A DNA stretch of 62,865 bases, filler included. It is 5 parts of 5 records of this genome, joined end to end, with 100 filler letters (N's around TTAATTAATTAA, not from the genome) between each part and the next. Parts side by side here need not be neighbours in the genome. Positions count along the whole stretch, not along the records: positions 1 to 28,700 come from SRR31156797_8674; positions 28,801 to 37,298 come from SRR31156797_8684; 3 more parts are not named here. One strand, given 5' to 3'. Numbering within the stretch: position 1 is the first letter of the stretch; the number at the start of each line of letters is the position of its first letter. A model generated the notes under the pieces. That model saw only the letters and a program-made list of their open reading frames with translations, was not told where the DNA came from and searched no databases. Position numbers and translations under genes: made by a program. Positions 20,973 through 32,409 of this stretch are shown here, piece after piece.

Positions 20973-20983
20973 TGTTGGTCTTT
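20958..20983. terminator. Hairpin between convergent genes (likely pgi terminator)
   Basis: AAAGACCAACA-gtaa-TGTTGGTCTTT, preceded by an A run that is a U-tract on the minus strand. Confidence 0.7.
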
Positions 20984-21006
20984 CATGTATCTAATAAAGA
21001 TTGAGA

Positions 21007-22347
21007 TTACAATCTCTCTTTAATTTTCTTAGTTTCTGCTTCGAAACCTGGCTTTTCAAGCAAAGCAAACATATTACTCTTGTACGCTTCAACACCTGGC
21101 TGATCGAAAGGATTCACATCTAAAATGTAACCACTAACTCCACAAGCAATTTCGAAGAAATAAAGTAATTCACCCAGATAGAATTCATTCAATTTAGGCA
21201 TTTCGATATGCAAGTTTGGTACTCCACCATCAACGTGAGCCAATTGTGTTCCCAATTCAGCCATTTTGTTTACTTCATTAACACGTTTTCCTGCTAAGTA
21301 GTTCAATCCGTCAAGATTATTCTTGTCTTCCGGAATATAAACAGTGTGATTCGGCTTGGCTATAGAAATTACAGTTTCGAAAATATTACGCTGTCCTTCC
21401 TGAATGTACTGACCCATTGAGTGAAGATCAGAAGTGAAATCTACACTAGCAGGGAAAATACCTTTGTTTTCTTTTCCTTCACTTTCGCCATACAATTGTT
21501 TCCACCATTCAGCAACATTGTGCAATTTAGGATTGTAATTGGCTAAAATTTCAATGCCTTTTCCTTTTTCGTACAAAGCATTTCTGGTTGCAGCATATAA
21601 TAATGCCGGGTTTTCTTCAAAAGCAGTCTCAACAGTATAGTCCTGCATTGCCTTAGCACCCTTTACCAATTCCTTGATATCGTGACCTGCAACAGCAATT
21701 GGAAGTAATCCAACCGGAGTTAGCACTGAGTAACGACCACCAACATTATCAGCAATAACAAAAGTCTTGTAACCTTCCTGAGTGGCTAATGTTCTTAATG
21801 CACCTTTCGATTCGTCGGTAATAGCAACAATTCTTTCGCGAGCTTCTTCTTTACCTACTTGTTCTTCTAACATTTCCTTTAACAAACGGAATGCAATTGC
21901 AGGCTCGGTAGTAGTTCCCGATTTTGAGATTACACAAATACCAAACTCAATACTTTTAAGAATATCGGTTAATTCGTAAAGGTAATCTTCACTAATATTT
22001 TGTCCAGCGTAAAGAACAAGTGGATTCTCGTCGCCAGAGTTTAGCTGATCGAAACTGTGTGCCAAAGCATCGTTTACTGCTTTTGCACCTAGGTAAGAAC
22101 CACCAATTCCAACAACAACCAGAACTTCAACTTTTTCTTTTAACTTCTTAGCTGTAGCTTCGATATCATTCAATTCAGCTTCTGTAATCTGAGAAGGCAA
22201 TTGAACCCAACCTACATAGTCATTTCCTTTCCCGGTTCCTTCGTGAAGGGAGGTTAAATGTTTCTTACTGTTTTCTTCATACTTGAAAACCTCTTCTTTG
22301 CTTACAAAATCAAGAGATTTCTCGATGTTCAACTTAATGTGTTCCAT
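21007..22347 (-). CDS. pgi: Glucose-6-phosphate isomerase
   Basis: [36 protein letters not shown] and [11 protein letters not shown]. Confidence 0.98.
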   Translation of the reverse strand: MEHIKLNIEKSLDFVSKEEVFKYEENSKKHLTSLHEGTGKGNDYVGWVQLPSQITEAELNDIEATAKKLKEKVEVLVVVGIGGSYLGAKAVNDALAHSFDQLNSGDENPLVLYAGQNISEDYLYELTDILKSIEFGICVISKSGTTTEPAIAFRLLKEMLEEQVGKEEARERIVAITDESKGALRTLATQEGYKTFVIADNVGGRYSVLTPVGLLPIAVAGHDIKELVKGAKAMQDYTVETAFEENPALLYAATRNALYEKGKGIEILANYNPKLHNVAEWWKQLYGESEGKENKGIFPASVDFTSDLHSMGQYIQEGQRNIFETVISIAKPNHTVYIPEDKNNLDGLNYLAGKRVNEVNKMAELGTQLAHVDGGVPNLHIEMPKLNEFYLGELLYFFEIACGVSGYILDVNPFDQPGVEAYKSNMFALLEKPGFEAETKKIKERL

Positions 22348-22545
22348 TTTGTACTAGTTAAGATTTACAATTCATTACTGTCAGAACCGATACCCCTCCA
22401 ATTATCAGACAATACTAAAATGTAATAGTTGTATTTAAAAAGTTATATTTTATTGGCAGTATACCAATAAGCAATTGGTATTTAAAGTGTTGTTTTTGGT
22501 GAAATGCCATTGCAACACTCATAAAAGTACAGCGAAAAAATTACA

Positions 22546-23541
22546 CTAACGTAAATCTTCCGTTAATAATTTGATTTCGATAGCTGGCGAAATCTTCTCA
22601 TATAGAATATTGTAAACGGCCATAGTAATTGGCATGTGAACATTGTATTCGTCATTAATTTCTTTGATGCATTTTACGGCATAGTATCCCTCGGCAATCA
22701 TGTGCATTTCCAGTTGAGCAGATTTTACTGTGTATCCTTTACCAATCATAGTTCCGAACGTACGGTTTCTACTAAACTGAGAATAGCAGGTAACGAGCAA
22801 GTCTCCTAAATAAGCCGAACTTTTAATGTCTCGAGTAATAGGATGCACGGTATCAACAAATCGTTTGATTTCCTGAATGGCATTTGATATCAACACCGAT
22901 TGAAAATTGTCACCGTAGCGTAATCCATGACAGATTCCCGCTGCTATAGCCACAACATTTTTAAGAACCGCTGCATATTCGGTTCCGTAAATGTCTTCGG
23001 TCACCGTAGTTTTAATGTATGGGCATTCCAGGTTAAGAGCTAAAGAACGAGCCTTCTTTGTATCCTGACATGAAATAGTTAGATAAGATAAGCGTTCCAT
23101 TGCAACCTCCTCGGCGTGACAAGGTCCTGATATTACACCAACATTATCAATAGGTACATTGTGTTTTTCGTTGAAGAATTCACCAATAATCTTGTTTTCA
23201 TCAGGAACAATACCTTTAATAGCGGATACTATAAACTTATCCTCTAAGCTTACGGTAAGTTTCTGAAGTGCATTTTTTAAGAATGCAGAAGGAATTGCAA
23301 AAATCAGAATATCTGAATTTTCAACCAATTCATCAAGATTGTTGTAGAAATTTATATTGTCGATTTCAAACTCAACTCCAGTTAAATATCTTGGGTTGTG
23401 ACTTAATTGCTTGAATTGTTTAATGGTATCGGGGTTACGCATGTACCAGTTAATTTCCTGTACATTCTCCATTAGGATTTTTGCGATTGCTGTTGCCCAA
23501 CTACCTCCTCCAATAATTGCAATTCTCGACGATTCGTTCAT
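22546..23541 (-). CDS. gpsA: NAD(P)H-dependent glycerol-3-phosphate dehydrogenase
   Basis: GGGSWATA, SGPCHAEEV, LKNVVAIAAG and GDLLVTCYSQFSRN. Confidence 0.96.
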   Translation of the reverse strand: MNESSRIAIIGGGSWATAIAKILMENVQEINWYMRNPDTIKQFKQLSHNPRYLTGVEFEIDNINFYNNLDELVENSDILIFAIPSAFLKNALQKLTVSLEDKFIVSAIKGIVPDENKIIGEFFNEKHNVPIDNVGVISGPCHAEEVAMERLSYLTISCQDTKKARSLALNLECPYIKTTVTEDIYGTEYAAVLKNVVAIAAGICHGLRYGDNFQSVLISNAIQEIKRFVDTVHPITRDIKSSAYLGDLLVTCYSQFSRNRTFGTMIGKGYTVKSAQLEMHMIAEGYYAVKCIKEINDEYNVHMPITMAVYNILYEKISPAIEIKLLTEDLR

Positions 23542-23610
23542 AAATGTATTGATAAGTTCGGTGTGTATAGAATCTTTTTACTGTAAGTAATAGATCTCTA
23601 ATTTACTAAA

Positions 23611-23645
23611 TATCGGAGGAAGGGAAAAATCCCCAACCTCCGATA
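23611..23645 (-). terminator. Hairpin downstream of lysS
   Basis: TATCGG(G)AGG..GGG-AAAAAT-CCC..CCTCCGATA, an imperfect stem-loop. Confidence 0.5.
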
Positions 23646-23670
23646 GTGATATAATATTATTTGAATGTGC

Positions 23671-25392
23671 TTAGGCTAACCATTCTTTTACTTCGTCTTG
23701 ACTAGGATTTTTTAATCCCATTTTCAATTTTTTATTCCAACCGCAAATATCCTGATGTAGTTTTGTGTGCTTTTCTTCTTTAAGCGCTTCTACAGTTTGG
23801 AAACCTGCCTTACGAATAATTGGCATCCATTCCTGAGCAATACCCAATTCAATGAATTTTTCGTCGCTATCAACAACAGCTTTCTTCTCTGGTCTCATTT
23901 GAGGGAAGAACAATACATCCTGAATAGAGTGAGAGTTGGTCATTAACATTGTTAAACGGTCGATACCAATACCCATACCTGATGTAGGAGGCATACCATA
24001 CTCTAATGCTCGAACAAAGTCCATATCAATAAACATTGCTTCGTCGTCACCTTTTTCGCTTAATGTCATTTGCTCCTGGAAACGCTCCAACTGATCGATA
24101 GGATCGTTCAACTCAGAGTAGGCATTACAAACTTCCTTCCCGTTCACCATCAACTCAAAACGCTCGGTCAACTCAGGATTTTCTCTGTGCTTTTTACAAA
24201 GAGGCGACATTTCAACAGGATAATCGGTAATGAAAGTTGGTTGGATGTAGTTTCCTTCACACTTCTCACCAAAAATCTCATCGATTAATTTTCCTTTACC
24301 GAAAGTTTCGTCAACTTCGATGTTCAATTGCTTACAAACATCACGTAGTTGAATTTCATCCATTCCGTTGATATCAATTCCAGTGTGTTCCTTAATTGAA
24401 TCAATCATAGAAATACGCTTGAACGGACGCTTGAAATCGATCTCTTTATCACCAACCATTAGTTTGGTTTCTCCATGAAGATCCAAGGCAACTTTTTCGA
24501 TCATTTCCTCAGTAAAGTCCATCATCCAGTTGTAGTCTTTATAAGCTACATAGATTTCCATTACTGTAAACTCAGGATTATGAGTTCTGTCCATACCTTC
24601 GTTACGGAAGTCTTTAGCAAACTCATAAACACCATCGAATCCACCAACGATTAATCTTTTAAGATACAATTCGTTCGCAATACGCATATACAATGGAATA
24701 TCCAATGCATTGTGATGTGTTTCGAATGGGCGAGCAGATGCTCCTCCTGGGATTGCCTGCAATATTGGAGTTTCAACTTCAAGATATCCTTTGCTGTTGA
24801 ATAACTCGCGCATTGAGTTAATGATTTTGGTTCTCTTTAAGAAAACATCTTTTACATCCGGATTTACAACCAAATCAACGTAACGCTGACGGTAACGTAA
24901 TTCAGGATCACTAAAAGAATCGTATACTTTTCCATCCTTCTCTTTTACGATAGGAAGAGGACGAACAGATTTAGAAAGAACAGTCATTTCAGTAGTGTGA
25001 ACAGAAGTTTCGCCTACCTTGGTAACAAACACGTATCCCTTAATTCCAATAAAATCACCAATATCCAAAAGTTTTTTGAATACAGTGTTGTAAAGAGTTT
25101 TATCCTCATCAGGGCAAATAGAATCTCTGGCAATATATACCTGAATTCTTCCTTTTGAATCCTGAAGTTCAATAAAAGAAGCTTTACCCATGATTCTTCT
25201 GCTCATGATTCTACCTGCAATACAAACCTCTTGAAGGTTTTTCTTTTCAGGATCGAAGTCTTTCAGAATATCTGCAGAATAATTATTTACATGATATTGT
25301 GCTGCAGGAAATGGATCGATACCCAAATTCTGCATTTCCTTTAGGGAATTTCTTCTAATGATCTCTTGTTCACTAAGTTCTAACGCATTCAT
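23671..25392 (-). CDS. lysS: Lysine--tRNA ligase (class II) with Bacteroidota C-terminal extension
   Basis: [31 protein letters not shown] and [16 protein letters not shown]. The start is placed at the ATG at 25392 because a promoter box lies inside the longer ORF. Confidence 0.97.
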   Translation of the reverse strand: MNALELSEQEIIRRNSLKEMQNLGIDPFPAAQYHVNNYSADILKDFDPEKKNLQEVCIAGRIMSRRIMGKASFIELQDSKGRIQVYIARDSICPDEDKTLYNTVFKKLLDIGDFIGIKGYVFVTKVGETSVHTTEMTVLSKSVRPLPIVKEKDGKVYDSFSDPELRYRQRYVDLVVNPDVKDVFLKRTKIINSMRELFNSKGYLEVETPILQAIPGGASARPFETHHNALDIPLYMRIANELYLKRLIVGGFDGVYEFAKDFRNEGMDRTHNPEFTVMEIYVAYKDYNWMMDFTEEMIEKVALDLHGETKLMVGDKEIDFKRPFKRISMIDSIKEHTGIDINGMDEIQLRDVCKQLNIEVDETFGKGKLIDEIFGEKCEGNYIQPTFITDYPVEMSPLCKKHRENPELTERFELMVNGKEVCNAYSELNDPIDQLERFQEQMTLSEKGDDEAMFIDMDFVRALEYGMPPTSGMGIGIDRLTMLMTNSHSIQDVLFFPQMRPEKKAVVDSDEKFIELGIAQEWMPIIRKAGFQTVEALKEEKHTKLHQDICGWNKKLKMGLKNPSQDEVKEWLA

Positions 25393-25420
25393 CTTAATCT
25401 CAATAAAGTTTATTCGGGTG

Positions 25421-25428
25421 CAAAGATA
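25421..25428 (-). promoter_or_regulatory. Bacteroidota -7 element of lysS
   Basis: TATCTTTG on the minus strand, about 30 nt upstream of the ATG. Confidence 0.7.
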
Positions 25429-25702
25429 TAATAATCTGAGCAATATGTGAATGCAAGTGGAGATTTGAGTTTAAAATTGAGTTTAAAATTTAATTATTTC
25501 TTTTGATTATCAGTATTTGCGGGGTTTAAATCAAGAATTCGTAAAAAATGAAATAAGAGTTCGAAAACTCATTGTGATCATATTTTAATTTCTTAATATT
25601 GCATGAAATTCAGAGGATATTTAGATTGAATAAAAATAACGAGTACTTTATCTACTGAATCAAAAACATGTAGAATCTCAGTAATTTTTTATTCCTTTCG
25701 AA

Positions 25703-25710
25703 TACCTTTG
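25703..25710 (+). promoter_or_regulatory. Bacteroidota -7 element of lipA-lipB-recJ
   Basis: TACCTTTG. Confidence 0.65.
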
Positions 25711-25788
25711 CATGAATTAGATTTTTTATTACAAACTTGTTTTGTTGAGACAATTTAAGGCTTGATAATCAATAGTTGAAAATGATTA

Positions 25789-26691
25789 TTGGCTGTAATA
25801 GGGAGAGCTGAAATGAAAATTAAAAGAAAGCCAGATTGGCTAAAGATACAGTTGCCAAAAGGTGACGATTATGCATACGTAAATGGCATTGTACAGGAAC
25901 ATGGATTGCATACCATTTGTTCGAGTGGAAAATGTCCGAATGTAGGTGAGTGTTGGGGAAATGGAACCGCAACCTTTATGATTCTGGGAAACATTTGTAC
26001 CAGAGCTTGCAAATTTTGTAATGTTCCAACAGGTAAGCCACTTCCTGCTGATACGAAGGAACCAATTCGTTTGGCTCGTTCCATCAAGCTGATGAAATTA
26101 AAGCATGCTGTTATTACCTCTGTAGATCGTGATGATTTGGAAGATGGTGGATCAGGAATTTGGGCTGATACCATTAAAGAAATCAAGAAAACTTCTCCGG
26201 AAACAACAATGGAAGTTTTAATTCCTGATTTTAATGGAAAAGAAGAGGATGTACAGCGAGTAATTAATGAAAATCCAGAAGTGATTTCTCACAATTTGGA
26301 AACTGTTCGCCGATTGACTCGTGAAGTTCGTAGCAAGGCTAAATACGATCTTAGTTTGAAAGTTTTAAAGCAAATCTCAGATGCTGGTATTGTTGCTAAG
26401 TCTGGTATAATGCTTGGGCTGGGTGAAACTGAAGAGGAAATTTATCAGGTAATGGATGATTTGTTGGCAGTAGGAGTTAAGGTGATGACTATTGGTCAGT
26501 ATTTGCAGCCAACTCGTAATCACCTTCAGGTACAAGAGTATGTTACTCCTGAAACTTTTAAAAAATATGAACAGGTTGGACTTGAAAAAGGATTTACTTT
26601 TGTTGAGAGTACACCGCTTGTTCGTTCATCATATCACGCAGAACGTCATGTGAATGCGTTAAACTTAAAGCAGGTTTTAAAAAATGATTAA
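25789..26691 (+). CDS. lipA: Lipoyl synthase
   Basis: CX4CX5C (CSSGKCPNVGEC), radical SAM CTRACKFC and RSSYHA. Confidence 0.98.
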   Translation: MAVIGRAEMKIKRKPDWLKIQLPKGDDYAYVNGIVQEHGLHTICSSGKCPNVGECWGNGTATFMILGNICTRACKFCNVPTGKPLPADTKEPIRLARSIKLMKLKHAVITSVDRDDLEDGGSGIWADTIKEIKKTSPETTMEVLIPDFNGKEEDVQRVINENPEVISHNLETVRRLTREVRSKAKYDLSLKVLKQISDAGIVAKSGIMLGLGETEEEIYQVMDDLLAVGVKVMTIGQYLQPTRNHLQVQEYVTPETFKKYEQVGLEKGFTFVESTPLVRSSYHAERHVNALNLKQVLKND

Positions 26692-27388
26692 GACAATTTT
26701 TAGAGACTTGAACTCGATAGATTATAAGGAAGCCTGGGATTATCAGGAGAACTTATTTCAGGAAGTATTGCAATCTCGTCAGGCAAATGCCGATCTTCCT
26801 CAAGAACAGAAAAATCTTTCTAATAACTATTTGCTTTTTTGTGAGCATCCGCACGTTTACACTTTAGGAAAGAGTGGTAAAGAGCAGAATATGCTTTTGA
26901 ATATGTTGCAGTTGCAAGCGAAAGAAGCAAGTTTTCATAAAATCAATCGTGGTGGTGATATTACTTATCACGGTCCCGGACAAATTGTGGGTTATCCAAT
27001 CTTAAATTTAGAAACCTACGATATGGGAATTAAGTTGTATATCGAAACTCTTGAACAGGCAGTAATTAATTGTATTGCTGATTATGGTATAACAGGAACC
27101 CGATTGGATGGAGCAACAGGTGTTTGGCTAGATGTTGGAACTCCCAAAGTACGTAAGATTTGTGCCATTGGTGTAAGGGTAAGTCGTTGGGTAAGCATGC
27201 ATGGTTTTGCTTTTAATGTAAATACCGATCTTAAATATTTCGACTATATAAATCCATGTGGTTTTGTTGATAAAGGAGTTACATCTTTGAAAAAAGAATT
27301 AGGCAAAGAGCTTGATATTGAAGAGGTAAAACATAATCTTAAAAATCATATCGCAAAACTGTTTGATATGAAGCTGGAAATTGACTAA
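26684..27388 (+). CDS. lipB: Octanoyltransferase LipB
   Basis: EHPHVYTLG, RGGDITYHGPGQ, KICAIG, HGFAFNV and INPCG. Confidence 0.98.
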   Translation: MIKTIFRDLNSIDYKEAWDYQENLFQEVLQSRQANADLPQEQKNLSNNYLLFCEHPHVYTLGKSGKEQNMLLNMLQLQAKEASFHKINRGGDITYHGPGQIVGYPILNLETYDMGIKLYIETLEQAVINCIADYGITGTRLDGATGVWLDVGTPKVRKICAIGVRVSRWVSMHGFAFNVNTDLKYFDYINPCGFVDKGVTSLKKELGKELDIEEVKHNLKNHIAKLFDMKLEID

Positions 27389-27411
27389 TTTGGCTAGCTA
27401 AATTCTTGTTT

Positions 27412-28700
27412 ATGGAAAAAAGATGGGTAATTAACGAACCAGGCGATGACGAAACGGTCGAGGCACTAATGGAATCATTGGGTGTTGATCGATTGATAGC
27501 CAATCTGTTAGTTCAGAGAGGAGTCACAAGTTTTGAAAGTGCCAAGGCGTTTTTTCGTCCCAGCTTAGACGATCTTCACGATCCTTTCCTAATGAAAGAT
27601 ATGACTGAGGCAATCGATCGATTGACTACAGCCATGGAGAAACAAGAAAGAGTATTAGTCTATGGCGATTATGATGTGGATGGAACCACATCGGTTGCGT
27701 TGGTTTATACTTATCTGAAATCACATTTCGATTTTATCGATTATTATATTCCTGATAGATATTCTGAAGGATATGGGGTATCAATAAAGGGAATTGATTA
27801 TGCAGCTGAGAATAATTTCAGTTTGGTAATTGCTCTCGATTGTGGAATTAAGGCAATCGAGAAAATTGCCTATGCAAAAGATAAAGGTGTCGATTTCATC
27901 ATTTGTGATCATCACACTCCGGATGATGAATTGCCATTAGCAGCTGCAGTACTTGATCCTAAAAGAAAGGATTGTGATTACCCTTGTGATGTGCTTTCAG
28001 GTTGTGGTGTCGGATTTAAGTTGATGCAAGGATTAGCCCAAAGGAAGAATTGGGATTTTGAAACATTAATTCCTCTACTGGATTTATTAGCTGTAAGTAT
28101 TGCCTCGGATATCGTTCCAATTACGGGAGAAAATAGGGTATTGACATTTTTTGGATTAAAACAACTGAATGAAAGTCCGCGATTGGGCTTAAAAACCATA
28201 TTGAATTTAGCAGGAGTTACAAAGCATCTAAGCGTTAATGATATCGTTTTTAAAATTGGACCAAGAATTAATGCTGCAGGAAGAATTCAATCAGGAAACA
28301 GAGCTGTACAACTTCTAATTGCTGAAAAGGAAGAAGCTGCCACACTTATAGGCGATACGATTAATGGTCTAAACGAAGATCGAAAAGAGTTGGACCACAC
28401 TATTACTGATGATGCTTTAGATCGAGTGGCAAAAAGTAAGACACTACTTGCTAAAAAAAGTACTGTTTTGTTCGATCGCAATTGGCATAAAGGAGTAATT
28501 GGTATTGTGGCTTCAAGAATGATTGAATCTTATTACAAACCAACCGTCATTCTTACAGAATCGAATGGCTTTGCTACTGGAAGCGCTCGATCGGTAGATG
28601 GATTTGATTTGTATAATGCCATATCTGCATGTAGCGATTTACTGGAAAATTTTGGCGGGCATAAGTATGCCGCAGGATTAACCATGAAAATTGAAAATGT
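27412..28700 (+). CDS. recJ: ssDNA exonuclease RecJ, truncated at the contig end
   Basis: YGDYDVDG, DHH motif (ICDHH), PRINAAGR, GSARS and GGHKYAAG; the ORF runs into the N spacer. Confidence 0.97.
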
Positions 28701-28800
28701 NNNNNNNNNNNNNNNNNNNNNNNNNNNNNNNNNNNNNNNNNNNNTTAATTAATTAANNNNNNNNNNNNNNNNNNNNNNNNNNNNNNNNNNNNNNNNNNNN
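28701..28800. other. Artificial contig spacer
   Basis: N44-TTAATTAATTAA-N44, giving stops in all six frames. Confidence 0.99.
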
Positions 28801-29454
28801 ATGGAATGGGAATTCCATTATAAAGAAAATGACCGTTTGGGCGGATTTGATCCATACAGTTCAAGTAAAGCAGGTGCCGAGATCGCAATTGCTTCATATC
28901 AGAAAGCATTTTTTGCTCCCGATACGATCCACGAGCACAAAAAATCCATTGCTGCCGCAAGAGGTGGAAATGTGATCGGTGGGGGAGACTGGGCCGAGAA
29001 CAGGATCATCCCAGATCTTGTAAGATCTTTACAGCACAATGAACCTCTTCATGTTAGAAATCCCAAAGCCATTCGGCCCTGGCAGCATGTTCTGGAATTA
29101 TTGTATGGCTACTTACTGTTAGGTATGAGGCTTCATGAACATCCATTGGAATTTCAGGGCGCGTATAATTTTGGTCCTGAAAAAGGTGATGAAATGACCG
29201 TGGAAGAATTGGTCAGTACTGCGATCAAAGTTTGGGGAAGCGGTAAATATGAACATCGTCCCGATAATGAAAACCTCCATGAAGCTGGTATTCTAAGGCT
29301 TGAAATTGATAAAGCTAAAGAAAAGCTGAATTGGCTTTCGCATTGGAAATCTGAACAGGCTGTTGAAAAAACTATGAACTGGTATAAACAGGTCTCAGAT
29401 GGCAAAACTGCTCTGACGTGCTGTAAAGAACAGATACTTGAGTATTTTAAATAA
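28801..29454 (+). CDS. rfbG: CDP-glucose 4,6-dehydratase, 5'-truncated
   Basis: LGGFDPYSSSKA, ARGGNVIGGGDWA, IRPWQHVLE and NFGP; begins at the contig edge. Confidence 0.93.
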   Translation: MEWEFHYKENDRLGGFDPYSSSKAGAEIAIASYQKAFFAPDTIHEHKKSIAAARGGNVIGGGDWAENRIIPDLVRSLQHNEPLHVRNPKAIRPWQHVLELLYGYLLLGMRLHEHPLEFQGAYNFGPEKGDEMTVEELVSTAIKVWGSGKYEHRPDNENLHEAGILRLEIDKAKEKLNWLSHWKSEQAVEKTMNWYKQVSDGKTALTCCKEQILEYFK

Positions 29455-29501
29455 TTCTATGAGAAGTAGGGGACAGACATGTCTGTTTCGTATTAAAAAA
29501 C

Positions 29502-30044
29502 ATGAAAATAACTAAAACCATATTCGATTCCGTACTTTGTATTGAAATGCCAAAATTCGATGACCAACGGGGATCATTTACAAAATATTTCGATGAAAAA
29601 AGTTTCGCTGAAGCCGGTTTACAAGCCTGTTTTCAAGAATCTTATTTTTCTGTTTCGGATAAAAATGTTGTCAGAGGAATGCATTTTCAGGTACCGCCTG
29701 CAGATCATGAAAAACTTGTTTCGGTATCTTATGGTGCGGTTATGGATGTGATCCTGGATATTCGTAAAGGAAGTCCGACATACGGGAAAGCTCAAAGCAT
29801 TATTCTCTCTGCCGATAATCATTTTGCCCTGTATATTCCCAAGGGATTTGCACATGGCTTCAAATCCTTGCAAGATGGTACGGTCATGAACTATCTGGTG
29901 GCAACAACTCATAGCCCCGAACATGACATGTCATTGCGCTGGGACTCTTTTGATTTTGATTGGGACGCAAAAAATCCGATCATGTCAAAACGAGACAAAG
30001 AAGCTAAGCCTTTAACGGAATTTGACTCACCCTTTACATATTAG
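29502..30044 (+). CDS. rfbC: dTDP-4-dehydrorhamnose 3,5-epimerase family
   Basis: DQRGSF, RGMHFQ, DIRKGSPTYG and IPKGFAHGF. Confidence 0.88.
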   Translation: MKITKTIFDSVLCIEMPKFDDQRGSFTKYFDEKSFAEAGLQACFQESYFSVSDKNVVRGMHFQVPPADHEKLVSVSYGAVMDVILDIRKGSPTYGKAQSIILSADNHFALYIPKGFAHGFKSLQDGTVMNYLVATTHSPEHDMSLRWDSFDFDWDAKNPIMSKRDKEAKPLTEFDSPFTY

Positions 30045-30048
30045 TATC

Positions 30049-30924
30049 ATGAAAGTATTTATTATTGGAGCATCGGGATTGGTCGGGGGAAATTGCATGA
30101 ACTGCATGCGTCAAGACCCTGATTTTGATGTCATAGGTTCTCATTATTCTTTTGCTACCAATGATACGGAATACTTTGATGTTTTTAATCCCAGAGGCAC
30201 GACATTTGATCTAAGCGCTTTTGCACCCGATGTGATCATTCACACGGGGGCGCTGACTCATGTGGATCATTGTGAAACTCATCCTGATAAAAGCTATAAA
30301 CACACGGTAAGATCAACGAAAGCGGCAATAAGGCTGGCAAAAAAGTACAGATCTAAATTTATTTACATTTCTTCAGATTATATTTTTGATGGCGAGGATG
30401 GACCTTATTCAGAAGAAGCAAAAGCAAATCCATTGAGCGTTTATGGAAAACATAAGCTTGAAGCGGAAGACAGGGTGCGAAAATCAGGACTTGAATATCT
30501 GATACTAAGGATCACCAATGTTTACGGTGAAGAAATAAGAGGCAAGAACTTCATCACGTTTCTGTGCAAAACAGCAAAAAAGCAAGATGAAAAAACACTT
30601 CGCTTGCCCTGTGATCAATATGCGACACCTATTAATGCTGCCGATATTGGAAAATTTATTTGCAGACTATTAAAAGATAATAAAAAAGGTATTTACAATC
30701 TCGCTTCCGATGAATATCTTAGCCGGGTGGAATTGGCGGAAAAGGTACTGGCATATTTTCCAAGTAACAAGGTCAAGATCGAGAGCGTAAAAACCTCCGA
30801 ATTAGGCCAGACAGCACCCCGGCCCTTGAAAGGCGGATTGAAAAACGATAAGATCAAGGCTGAATATCCGGAGCTCGGATTTTCAACTGTTGACGATTAT
30901 ATGAAGGAGACTCATGGAATTTAA
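30049..30924 (+). CDS. RmlD-like SDR sugar-nucleotide reductase
   Basis: GASGLVG, ISSDYIFDG and YxxxK (YGKHK). The start is the ATG at 30049. Confidence 0.85.
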   Translation: MKVFIIGASGLVGGNCMNCMRQDPDFDVIGSHYSFATNDTEYFDVFNPRGTTFDLSAFAPDVIIHTGALTHVDHCETHPDKSYKHTVRSTKAAIRLAKKYRSKFIYISSDYIFDGEDGPYSEEAKANPLSVYGKHKLEAEDRVRKSGLEYLILRITNVYGEEIRGKNFITFLCKTAKKQDEKTLRLPCDQYATPINAADIGKFICRLLKDNKKGIYNLASDEYLSRVELAEKVLAYFPSNKVKIESVKTSELGQTAPRPLKGGLKNDKIKAEYPELGFSTVDDYMKETHGI

Positions 30925-32227
30925 GAATATTGACAAGCAGCTATCGGCAACATTGTCAGCTATTGCCAAAGAACGCATCGTACGACCAATGGAGCCGGGG
31001 AAAGATTATATACCTGCCTCCGGTAAAGTTCTTTTTGAACAGGATCTTTTATATGGCATTGATGCAGTGCTTGACGGTTGGTTGACTGGCGGTCGTTTTA
31101 ATACGGAATTTGAAGATAAGCTTGCCAAAATGATCGGTTCCAAGCGTGTTCTCACTGTGAATTCGGGTTCATCTGCCAATTTGCTGGCTTTTGCGACCCT
31201 AACGTCCCCCAAGCTGGGTGAAAGGGCACTGAAAGCCGGTGATGAAGTTATCACCGTTGCGTCGGGCTTCCCGACGACTGTCAATCCCATTCTTCAATTT
31301 CATTGCGTACCTGTATTTGTGGATGTGACGGTACCTGGCTATAATGGTAATGTTGAGATCCTTGAAGAAGCGGTTTCACCCAAGACAAAAGCCATTATGC
31401 TGGCGCACACATTGGGCAATCCCTTTGACTTGGATGCCGTGATGGCCGTTGCCAAAAAATATAACTTATGGGTGATCGAAGATAATTGCGATGCACTCGG
31501 AGCTGAGTTCAACGGCAAAAAAACCGGTACTGTCGGCGACCTTGGTACTTGCTCATTTTATCCTGCTCACCATATCACCATGGGTGAGGGTGGCGCTGTA
31601 TTGATCAATAATCCGAAATTAAAACGCATTGCCGAAAGCATGCGGGACTGGGGACGCGACTGCTGGTGTGAAACCGGCCATGATAATACATGCTCAAACA
31701 GGTTTGGTGGACAATATGGAAACCTGCCTTTCGGTTATGATCATAAATATGTTTACTCTGAAAAAGGTTTTAACTTTAAGATCACCGATATTCAAGCTGC
31801 CATCGGCTTAAGTCAGATGGACCGCATGGAACCCTTTGCCGAAAAACGCAGACATAACCACGATTACCTGACAAAATTGGTCAAAGATGAACTGGGTGAC
31901 CTAATTATTGCAGATCAAGCTCATCCCAAAGCATTGCCTTCCTGGTTCGGTTGTACTTTTACTCTGAATGAAGGTTTCCCCGGAGATCGTCATACCCTGT
32001 TACAATATCTTGAAGATCATAAAGTCGGATCCAGATTGCTGTTTGCCGGAAATATCCTCAAACAACCTGGATATCTCGATATTACTCATCGTGTTGTCGG
32101 TTCACTCGAAAACACCGACCGTGTCATGAATGATACCTTCTGGGTGGGCGCATGGCCTGGATTGGAAGATAAGCACCTTGATTATATTGCGGAACAATTG
32201 GTCAATTTCGTTAAAGAAAATAAATAG
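30914..32227 (+). CDS. rfbH: CDP-4-keto-6-deoxyglucose 3-dehydratase RfbH/DdhC
   Basis: NSGSSANL, EDNCDALG, SFYPAHHITMGEGG (His at the usual PLP-Lys site), and the RDWGRDCWC..DNTC Fe-S motif. Confidence 0.93.
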   Translation: MEFKNIDKQLSATLSAIAKERIVRPMEPGKDYIPASGKVLFEQDLLYGIDAVLDGWLTGGRFNTEFEDKLAKMIGSKRVLTVNSGSSANLLAFATLTSPKLGERALKAGDEVITVASGFPTTVNPILQFHCVPVFVDVTVPGYNGNVEILEEAVSPKTKAIMLAHTLGNPFDLDAVMAVAKKYNLWVIEDNCDALGAEFNGKKTGTVGDLGTCSFYPAHHITMGEGGAVLINNPKLKRIAESMRDWGRDCWCETGHDNTCSNRFGGQYGNLPFGYDHKYVYSEKGFNFKITDIQAAIGLSQMDRMEPFAEKRRHNHDYLTKLVKDELGDLIIADQAHPKALPSWFGCTFTLNEGFPGDRHTLLQYLEDHKVGSRLLFAGNILKQPGYLDITHRVVGSLENTDRVMNDTFWVGAWPGLEDKHLDYIAEQLVNFVKENK

Positions 32228-32250
32228 TCTAAATTAACGCGAGATTCATG

Positions 32251-32284
32251 CCTGTCCGCCGAAGCACGGAGTGCGAAGGTGGAG
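32251..32284. repeat. REP-like hairpin, CCGAAGC..GCGAAGG family (copy 1)
   Basis: CCTGTCCGCCGAAGCACGGAGTGCGAAGGTGGA, related to the copies at 34428-34457 and 35044-35074. Confidence 0.65.
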
Positions 32285-32351
32285 ATTATATTGCGGAAAT
32301 GATGGTTCAATTCGTAAAACTCACAAATAATCAATTATAAAAGATTTTGTT

Positions 32352-32405
32352 GTAGAGACGCGATGCCTCGCGTCTTATTATTGACGCCAAGCATGGCGTC
32401 TGTAC
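32352..32405. repeat. GTAG/GTAC-type REP doublet (REPIN-like)
   Basis: GTAG-AGACGCGATGCCTCGCGTCT plus the inverted GTAC-AGACGCCATGCTTGGCGTC. Confidence 0.8.
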
Positions 32406-32409
32406 AATA

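Noticed and set aside
25393-25443. Longer lysS N-terminus from the ORF track
   Set aside because: It contains the TATCTTTG promoter box; the ATG at 25392 is more plausible.
28745-28960. 71-aa minus-strand ORF and the extension of RecJ to 28752
   Set aside because: Both run through the artificial N spacer.
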